Assembly: GCA_037446635.1 (NCBI GenBank)
Contig: JBBIIG010000014.1
Span: forward strand, 16,294 to 80,293
DNA length: 64,000 nucleotides
Origin: a bacterium
GTDB taxonomy: Bacteria > Zhuqueibacterota > Zhuqueibacteria > Oceanimicrobiales > Oceanimicrobiaceae
Direction of reading: 5' to 3'
Under the pieces are notes generated by a model. The model was not told the DNA's origin, did not search any database, and saw only the letters and a list, made by a program, of their open reading frames with translations. Both the position numbers and the translations under genes were made by a program. Each line of letters opens with the position of its first letter. Positions within the stretch are counted from its first letter, which is position 1. Positions 57,615-64,000 of this stretch are shown one piece after another.

Positions 57615-58505
57615 GTGGCAACCACGAAACTCTCTTATTTGCGCTTCCAAATGCTTCCCCTCCTTTCCTCGATAAGTTTAGCAATTGCGGTTCTGCTGCC
57701 TTCACGGGCAGCGGCGCAGGCGGTGAAGGCGAACGTGAACGTTATCATCGATAAGCTGCCTATTGAAAAACAGGAAAAAATGAGAAACTTCCACCGCGTC
57801 GTCAAAGACTACATCGAAAACGCCAATTGGTTTTTGGATGACGACGCCGTGCCCATCGAAGTGACCCTGCAAATGTTTCTCACCGATATTCCCTCCAACA
57901 TCGAAGATCGCTATCTCTGCGAGCTACTGGTCTCAAGCGCGGACGTGCAGTACTTCGATAAGCGCTTCCGTTTTCCGTTTCAACCGGGAACGCAATTGGT
58001 TTACAGCGAACAAGCGATTGACCCGCTTACCGGCGTGATCGATTTTTACCTGAACCTGGTTTTAGGCAATGAGCTGGATAAATACAGCGGCTTTGGGGGA
58101 GACGTTTACTACAAACGAGCGCAAAGCATTGCGGCGCTGGGCAAGTTCGTGCGCACGGAATTTGTGCGCGGCTGGCCCGAGCGCGAACAACTGATTAAAC
58201 GGGTGTTCGAGGAGCCATTTATCACCTTCCGCAAAATGAAGGATTTCTATTTTTATGGGCTGTACGTCCGCGAAAAAAATCTCGCCGACGCCCGCAAAAA
58301 TGTGAAGATTGCTTTGGACATGCTCGAAACTGTCATCGAGAAGAAAGGCGATCTGGATGAGCCGCGACAGTTTTTAAACGCGCACTACTTGGAGTTTATC
58401 GATCTTTTCAAAGACTACGAAAACAAAAAAGAGATTTTCAAAAAGTTGATCAAGTTAGATTCGGCTCACAGAGAATTGTATGAAGCGCACGTTGGGGAGT
58501 CGTGA
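57615..58505 (+). CDS. Secreted hypothetical protein (DUF4835-like)
   Basis: Signal peptide. About 296 aa. No catalytic motif. The DUF4835 assignment is from memory only. Confidence 0.5.
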   Translation: MATTKLSYLRFQMLPLLSSISLAIAVLLPSRAAAQAVKANVNVIIDKLPIEKQEKMRNFHRVVKDYIENANWFLDDDAVPIEVTLQMFLTDIPSNIEDRYLCELLVSSADVQYFDKRFRFPFQPGTQLVYSEQAIDPLTGVIDFYLNLVLGNELDKYSGFGGDVYYKRAQSIAALGKFVRTEFVRGWPEREQLIKRVFEEPFITFRKMKDFYFYGLYVREKNLADARKNVKIALDMLETVIEKKGDLDEPRQFLNAHYLEFIDLFKDYENKKEIFKKLIKLDSAHRELYEAHVGES

Positions 58506-58724
58506 GTGAACAGCGACAATTTATAAATTGTTTGGAATAAGTCAAGAGCTTTTTTTCACTGACATCATTTTATACATTAGTATTACGCAACAAGTACACT
58601 CTTTAGTATTTCAATTACGGTCGAAGTTTTGATTGCGACAGATCAGTGAAAGGCAAGGGAACCGTGACTACTGTGCCACTTGTAAGTGTGCCCACGCTTC
58701 GTCCTCCTCTGGGCGATTCCAATC

Positions 58725-58772
58725 AACCGCCAGGGCTTCTTCCCTTAGCAGGGCGGTTATATTCAGTTTTTT
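58725..58772 (+). terminator. Orphan terminator-like hairpin (AACCGCC-AGGG-CTTCTT-CCCT-TAGCAG-GGCGGTT) plus T6, in a 630-bp gene-free interval
   Basis: 7-bp outer stem with an inner 4-bp stem. TTTTTT follows 9 nt downstream. No CDS is supported upstream of it in this interval. Confidence 0.4.
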
Positions 58773-59136
58773 CGTCAAGAGCTAAGATGGTTACAGGCGC
58801 ACGATTAAATGGATGGGGACGAGCTTTGATCAACCCACGGGCGTGCCGGATGTCTCGGCCAATGCAATTGGGATTGGATATCGGCATCCTCGTGCAAAAC
58901 CTGTTTCCACACTGGACGCTCTCCAGACAAAGCGAGTCGTTCCCCAAACGCTTTCGCAAGTTTGACCGCCCACCTGCGGCTGGGTTTCAGGGACTCTCCT
59001 TTGGCCTGGCGCTGGCCTGTTGACTGTCGCCGGCCAACTGTTGGCGGATTTGGGGCCGGGTGAAATTAGGAAGGCTTCAGTCGCAAATCTCAAAATGGTT
59101 TGGAAGAGATTGCCCAGATAATCCGTTAGCTTAAAC

Positions 59137-62100
59137 TTACCGCATCACCACCAACTTCTCCACCACCTCCACCTGCTCGTCGCCGCGGCGGGCGATGAGT
59201 TTGTATAAATACACGCCGTTCGCCAGCGCGTCGCCGTCGAAGTCGCGGGCGTTCCAGTGAAATTGATTGAAGCCGACGCGCGCCGGTAGAAAGTCCGCTT
59301 CGTGGATCAGACGGCCCGCGACGGTGTAAATTTTCAAGCGCACTTCATCGGCGTCCTGGGAGAGAATGTAGGTGAACGCGGTTTCGTTTTGAAAGGGATT
59401 GGGATAGTTCAGCACCTCGGTGATCTGGAAACGCGAGCTCACCTGAAACGCCTGCTCGAAATAATTGAGGTTGCCAGACGGGTCGCGGGCAAACACTTCG
59501 ATTTGATGATCGCCCTCGGAAAGGTTTGCGGTGAACAGGACCAGCGCTTTCAAATCGCGCTGCTCGGGGTTGGACTGCGGCAGAAATTGCGCCTGGCTCG
59601 CGCCGCTGCCGTAACTCACCTTTTGCTGATCGAGATAGACCACCACCTGCGAGGTGTCGGTGAACTGCGCCGGTCCGCGGTCGCGGATTTCCACCACCAC
59701 TTGCGGCGCGGCGGAAACAAAATCGCCGGCGGCCACCGTGCGGCCATCCATCTGTACGCGGATGACCGGCGCCAGCGTGTCGCGCACCACCCATAAACTG
59801 AAATCAGCGGCGTTGTTGGTCTCATCCAATTCCGTGATGCGATCATCCGCATCGAGTCGCACCGTCAGTTCGATTTTTCCGCTCAAACCACTAGTGGAAA
59901 TCAACGCCGGGTATTCGCGGATTTCATCCACCTGCAATCCGCCGACTTTCATTTTCTGCACTTCAGTTGCGCCCCGGAACATACTCACGAAGAAACTATC
60001 AGCGGCGGCGAGGCCAAAGTTGGCCGCGCCGATCGTGACCTGCGCTTCCGCGCCCACTTCGACTGTATCCTGCTGCACGTGAATCTCACTTTTGACGGTG
60101 GCGAGATCCGGCGGCGGAGAAAAATCCACTGACCATGACTGCAGCCGCGGCGTCGTCAATCCATTCGCGCTGGTGAGCGCGGCTGCCAATTGGATTTGTG
60201 GATAAGCCTGCGCCGGGATTTGCGAGAGGTCAATTTCGGCGGCGGAAAAGTTGGAGATCAACGTATCCAATGCGCTGCTGCCGCGCGGTTTTCCGATCAC
60301 CGAAAATATGATTTGATTTTGCTGATCTGATTCAAATGCGAGCCGCGCCGATTTCCACTCCAGCGCCGGCCCAATGAGCGGCGAAATCATGCGCCCGTTT
60401 TTCGCAAAACGATACAGCGTATCCGCGATGGCGATGGCGCCCTCCCCAACTTTTTTCCATTCTTCCGGCACCGTTCCAATGGCCGCACCCTTGCGCCCGA
60501 TGATCGCCCAGGCGTCGCGAAAGCGCACCTGCCGCGTGAATTGGCTGCCGATGCTTTCCAGCGCCAAATAGGCGCTTTCGGTCATGGAGACGCTGCCGTC
60601 ATCGCGAATGGCGGCGAGCACGATTCTGCCCTCTGGCAGCGCGTTGATGAACTGCGCCAGCGCCTCGGCGTTGGCGGTCGCGCCGTAGGTGTCGAAGCTG
60701 GCGCGATCCAGCAGCGCGCCGTCAGTCTCATCGAATACCGCGAGATTGTGGCCGCGCCTGTTGAGACTGACGTGCTCGTCGTTGCGCCACAGCCGCGCAA
60801 AGTTGCCGTCGCTGAACCCCGCCGATTCCGCCAGAAATGAAAGCTGGTTTTGTCGCAGCACCGCAAAGCGCGGCGTCACGCTAACGTTCTCCAAAAAATT
60901 GTTTTCAAATTGTTCGGCGCGCTGCTGCCGCCATTGCCCCGACGTTTGCGGCGAATAGGTGAACGATGCCGTCGCCCACGGCCCAAATTGTTCGCCGTCG
61001 AAGGTGCGGACGCGCCAGTAGTAAACGCCGGCCTGCGAAAGGTTCGGCTGCCAACGCGTGGTCAATCTCCCTTCGTCAATGGGCGGCGAGGCCTGGCGCA
61101 GCGGGCTGTCGAACGCCGCGCTGGTGTCGATTTCAAAAAAATAAACCAATCCCGCGATTTGAATTTTCGAATTGTTGGCGACCAGTTCCGGATTCGCGTT
61201 TTGCACCACGCCAAAATTCAGCGGCTTGATCAAAGTTAAGTCCGATGAGAAAACGGTAACCGTTTGTTCGGCAAAATTGTTGTTTTTGTCTGTTTCCGAA
61301 ATGCGATTTTGCGGATCGATTTCCACTTGAATGCGATACGCTCCGGGTTCATCCGGGAGACGCCACGACACCGTCACCGAATCGCGAAAGCCGGTTGGCG
61401 GGCGGATGAGCGCAGCGATCGGTGTCGAGTTGTTTTCGAAATCCAAAATCGAAATTTGCCCGGCCACGCTGTCAACCGGCTGCAGTCCGAAATTGCGAAT
61501 GACGGCGGAGATGGCCGCCGTGGAATCGGTGGTGAGCAGCAACTCGGGGGCGACGGTGATGTCCTCGTTTTGAATGCTCAACTCCGGTTGTGTGGGAATG
61601 TTCAACGCCAGCGCTGGGTCGCCGATGAGGATGTACTGGTCGATGACAAATTTGCTGCGCGGCTGGCCGCCGAGCCGCTGCCACAGTTGATACTTCGCGG
61701 AAGTGGTCGCCGCGCCCACGCTGCGCAAGGTGTCTTTGGTCACCGCGCGAAACAAACCATCGAGCAGAAAATAATCCTGAGTAATGTACCCAAAGCCCGC
61801 CGAGCCCCAGTATGCCGCTGCGCCGTTGGGGTGCAGCACAAACTCTTCGCTGAGACTGTTCAGCACGGGTTCGGCGAAGCGGGCGGAGTGGCAGGACATG
61901 CCGGTGATGAACGGGAACACCTCGCGGTTTTGCCAGTCGTCCGGGTGGCCGATGTCGATGTCCCACACCTGGCTGCCGGCGTGGCCGATGAAATTAACCC
62001 AGAGAACGCCATCGTGAATTTTCTCCGAAGCGGTACGTTTAAAATTCAGGGTGATGGCCTCATTGGTGGTTTTGTTGTACGGGATGGCGAGGCCGCTGAA

Positions 62101-64000
62101 GGGCGCCGGCGCGACGTGGTCGTTGACGAGTCGGGTGCCCTGCGAAAGAAAAATAGCTTGCTCGGTGGCGTTGATGCCGCCATTGGCAAAGGCAATTTCT
62201 TTGTTCCACGCGCCGAAGGGCAAGCGCTCGTACGCCATGATTTTGTCGATGACGATGGCCGCCTGCTCCGCGGTTTCGACCGGAATGCGCCCGACGAACA
62301 GATCCGGCAGCACATCGTCCGGGCCGTCGAGCAGGGCGTACCAGTTGTCGGCGACGAGGATGCCGTAGGAAGGAACGTAATTGGTTTTCACCGCGCCCGC
62401 CGATAGTTTTTTCGGATCCCACGAAGCGTCGCCGAGCAGAACCAAATAGGTGGGCGCCGGCTTTTCCCAAAACTCAAAGGCGTAACTCAAAAACGATTTG
62501 ATGGCTTCGGGCGCAATGATGCCGAAATTGAATTCGTCATAAATATCTTGCACATCGACGACCGCTGTCCGGAAGCCATTCCGATCGCGGCGGTAGTCTG
62601 CCAGCCTCTGCGCTTCATCCAAAAAATTTTTGTGGGTGATGATGATGTAATCCGCGGCGCTGGCGGTTGAATGCAGATCGCTATTTTTTTCTTTTTCAAT
62701 GCGGCTGATTTTTTTGAGGCCGGATTTCGACGCGGCGAAATAAAATGTCGCCGCGCTGGTGTCCGTGAACCCAGCCGAGTAGCCCAGCGCCGACTCGCCC
62801 CGCAGCGTGTCGCTGACTGCGGCCGGTCCGCTCAATCTCCTCGAAAGAACTTCTTTAGCCGAGCCCACCACCGCGCCCTTGCGGCCGACGAACGCCCAAC
62901 TATCGCGGAACGCAACTTGCCGAATGAGGCCGCTGCCAGCGGACTCATAAGCTTGATACACCGCTTCGTTCAAGTTGGTGGCGCCTTCGTCGCAAATGCC
63001 GGCCAGCACGATTTGACCCGCAGGCAGGGAATTCAAATAGGCCGCCAGTTCATCGGCGGCGGCCGGCGCGCCGAAGGGATCGAAGCGGCGAATTTCCGAG
63101 GCCCCGGTTTGGGGATCGATGGTCATGATGTGATGGCCGCGGCTGCGGAATTCCTGCACCTCAAAATGGGCGATGAGCTTCACAAAGTTGCCGTCGTTGA
63201 AGCCGGCGGATTCCACTTGAAAAAAAGAGGCGCGGTCGATTAGCGGTTGCCACCGCCTGCCTTTTAGAGGATCGAAAATGGTGATCTGTGAATCCGAAAA
63301 ATTGTGCAGCAAATAATTTTTGATGACGCGGCCGGGGTTGTCGGCTTTGAATTTGAAATGACTTTGCGCCGCGGCCGGCGTTCGTGGGTAGATGACGTCC
63401 ACCCAATCGAGATAGATTTGATTCACCAGCGCGCCGCTGCCGCCGACGAGATGCAGGTCGAAACGATTCTGGCCGTTGACGAAAAGCGACGTCGGCAGAA
63501 TTAGATTCCACAGCAGCTCTTCGCGATCGTCAAAGAAATTTTCGCCGACGAGTTGATTATTAATAGTGAGCCGGACGTGGTGATCCGGATTCACCGGATC
63601 TTGGGTCGTTCCCTGCAGCCGCAGTTTGAGCGTGCAATTTTCCACGGCGTAGTGCAGGCCACTTAAATTGAAACTGAAAATGTCGTGTTCGTTTTCAAAA
63701 ATGTAGCGGCCAATCCAGCCTTCATCCGGGTCGATTTCGCTGGAGCTGTTGGAGCGATGAAAGATAACTTCGCGCTCGAGATGCAGGGTTTCCCAATAAA
63801 ATGGGTCGGGCTGGTTTTGTGAAATTCCGGATGGAATCAATTGGTAGCGCGGCCCGGGGTCGCCATCGTCCGTGAGAAAATAGACATTGGTGTCGGTGTA
63901 AAAATCGTAGTAGCGATCGCTTGCCTGCGCAGGCAGGCGGCCGCGATGCCAGTCGGCGTAAAAGTAAATGGTGTCCAGCGGAGAAAATGTGACATTCTGC
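59137..64000 (-). CDS. Giant C25 (gingipain/PorU-like) cysteine peptidase with a duplicated ~170-aa domain and a T9SS C-terminal sorting domain; the N-terminus lies beyond the window edge
   Basis: The frame stays open to position 64000; the ORF track's start at 63840 is an internal TTG. C25 His/Cys dyad context ..WVNFIGHAGSQVWDI.. and ..FPFITGMSCHSARF.. Two paralogous internal domains (..SFFQVESAGFNDGNF..GQIVLAGICDEG.. and ..SFLAESAGFSDGNF..GRIVLAAIRDDG..). C-terminus ..VRLKIYTVAGRLIHEADF..GVYLYKLIARRGDEQVEVVEKLVVMR. Confidence 0.75.
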   Translation of the reverse strand, partial: QNVTFSPLDTIYFYADWHRGRLPAQASDRYYDFYTDTNVYFLTDDGDPGPRYQLIPSGISQNQPDPFYWETLHLEREVIFHRSNSSSEIDPDEGWIGRYIFENEHDIFSFNLSGLHYAVENCTLKLRLQGTTQDPVNPDHHVRLTINNQLVGENFFDDREELLWNLILPTSLFVNGQNRFDLHLVGGSGALVNQIYLDWVDVIYPRTPAAAQSHFKFKADNPGRVIKNYLLHNFSDSQITIFDPLKGRRWQPLIDRASFFQVESAGFNDGNFVKLIAHFEVQEFRSRGHHIMTIDPQTGASEIRRFDPFGAPAAADELAAYLNSLPAGQIVLAGICDEGATNLNEAVYQAYESAGSGLIRQVAFRDSWAFVGRKGAVVGSAKEVLSRRLSGPAAVSDTLRGESALGYSAGFTDTSAATFYFAASKSGLKKISRIEKEKNSDLHSTASAADYIIITHKNFLDEAQRLADYRRDRNGFRTAVVDVQDIYDEFNFGIIAPEAIKSFLSYAFEFWEKPAPTYLVLLGDASWDPKKLSAGAVKTNYVPSYGILVADNWYALLDGPDDVLPDLFVGRIPVETAEQAAIVIDKIMAYERLPFGAWNKEIAFANGGINATEQAIFLSQGTRLVNDHVAPAPFSGLAIPYNKTTNEAITLNFKRTASEKIHDGVLWVNFIGHAGSQVWDIDIGHPDDWQNREVFPFITGMSCHSARFAEPVLNSLSEEFVLHPNGAAAYWGSAGFGYITQDYFLLDGLFRAVTKDTLRSVGAATTSAKYQLWQRLGGQPRSKFVIDQYILIGDPALALNIPTQPELSIQNEDITVAPELLLTTDSTAAISAVIRNFGLQPVDSVAGQISILDFENNSTPIAALIRPPTGFRDSVTVSWRLPDEPGAYRIQVEIDPQNRISETDKNNNFAEQTVTVFSSDLTLIKPLNFGVVQNANPELVANNSKIQIAGLVYFFEIDTSAAFDSPLRQASPPIDEGRLTTRWQPNLSQAGVYYWRVRTFDGEQFGPWATASFTYSPQTSGQWRQQRAEQFENNFLENVSVTPRFAVLRQNQLSFLAESAGFSDGNFARLWRNDEHVSLNRRGHNLAVFDETDGALLDRASFDTYGATANAEALAQFINALPEGRIVLAAIRDDGSVSMTESAYLALESIGSQFTRQVRFRDAWAIIGRKGAAIGTVPEEWKKVGEGAIAIADTLYRFAKNGRMISPLIGPALEWKSARLAFESDQQNQIIFSVIGKPRGSSALDTLISNFSAAEIDLSQIPAQAYPQIQLAAALTSANGLTTPRLQSWSVDFSPPPDLATVKSEIHVQQDTVEVGAEAQVTIGAANFGLAAADSFFVSMFRGATEVQKMKVGGLQVDEIREYPALISTSGLSGKIELTVRLDADDRITELDETNNAADFSLWVVRDTLAPVIRVQMDGRTVAAGDFVSAAPQVVVEIRDRGPAQFTDTSQVVVYLDQQKVSYGSGASQAQFLPQSNPEQRDLKALVLFTANLSEGDHQIEVFARDPSGNLNYFEQAFQVSSRFQITEVLNYPNPFQNETAFTYILSQDADEVRLKIYTVAGRLIHEADFLPARVGFNQFHWNARDFDGDALANGVYLYKLIARRGDEQVEVVEKLVVMR

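Noticed and set aside
58646-59023. 125-aa + strand ORF in the 630-bp intergenic interval
   Set aside because: It has an Arg/Pro/Gly-rich, low-complexity translation, no RBS and no family resemblance. The interval is better explained as non-coding (see the finding).
58506-59136. Search by eye for tmRNA, RNase P, SRP RNA or tRNA signatures in the large intergenic interval and elsewhere
   Set aside because: No GGTTCGAATCC-type T-loop plus CCA end, no RNase P GGAAAGTCCGGGCTCC core and no SRP AGGTCCGGAAGGAAGCAGC motif was found. No RNA gene could be supported.

Overview
This 64 kb window is roughly 55-58% GC and reads as chromosomal DNA from a Gram-negative bacterium. It is most consistent with an FCB-group lineage (Bacteroidota-like or a related candidate phylum). 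At least five predicted proteins end in the type IX secretion (T9SS) C-terminal sorting domain, for example ...EQNYPNPFNPSTNI...GIYIYRLEAG...TLLK. There are two tandem PorV/PorQ-family outer-membrane beta-barrels and a giant C25 (gingipain/PorU-like) peptidase. About 55 protein-coding genes are supportable, most of them on the + strand. I found no rRNA, tRNA, CRISPR array, transposase or integrase. The supportable content runs, in order:
(a) a periplasmic redox cluster: a secreted DUF3179 protein with an in-frame TGA, a Met-rich mono-heme cytochrome c, a tri-heme cytochrome c, a cupredoxin and a scrambled DUF3179 remnant;
(b) small redox and hydrolase genes: DUF1348, a Cys-less thioredoxin-like protein, a PNPOx-like protein, an alpha/beta hydrolase and an isochorismatase-family hydrolase;
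(c) regulators: two GAF sigma-54 activators, a Crp/Fnr regulator, an orphan OmpR-type response regulator and a Ser/Thr kinase with PEGA domains;
(d) a YyaL thioredoxin-domain protein, a transglutaminase-like lipoprotein and an AlkD-like DNA alkylation repair protein;
(e) a TonB-dependent receptor and an ExbB-ExbD-ExbD-TonB operon;
(f) T9SS cargo proteins (beta-helix-like, Kelch, DUF5666 repeats, BNR repeats);
(g) an amino-acid catabolism trio: a pyridine-nucleotide disulfide oxidoreductase, L-asparaginase II and a tyrosine phenol-lyase/tryptophanase-family lyase;
(h) a GH57 glucanotransferase and an S41 C-terminal processing peptidase;
(i) a four-gene lipid kinase / DUF2064 / WbqC-like / GT2 operon;
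(j) a two-gene minus-strand operon of outer-membrane beta-barrels that each carry a ComEA-like helix-hairpin-helix domain.
The non-coding DNA is unusually structured. It holds several families of conserved palindromic hairpins placed right after stop codons, 8-bp-periodic GGAKTRWT arrays upstream of + strand genes, and 7-bp AAATCGG tandem arrays. Two genes look frameshifted at short homopolymers, and one gene (the L-asparaginase II) lacks a canonical start upstream of conserved residues. So either the assembly has errors or there is local pseudogenisation. That qualifies the most interesting call: the DUF3179 TGA sits where I recall the first Cys of the family's CPLC motif, which is either selenocysteine or a C-to-A error.
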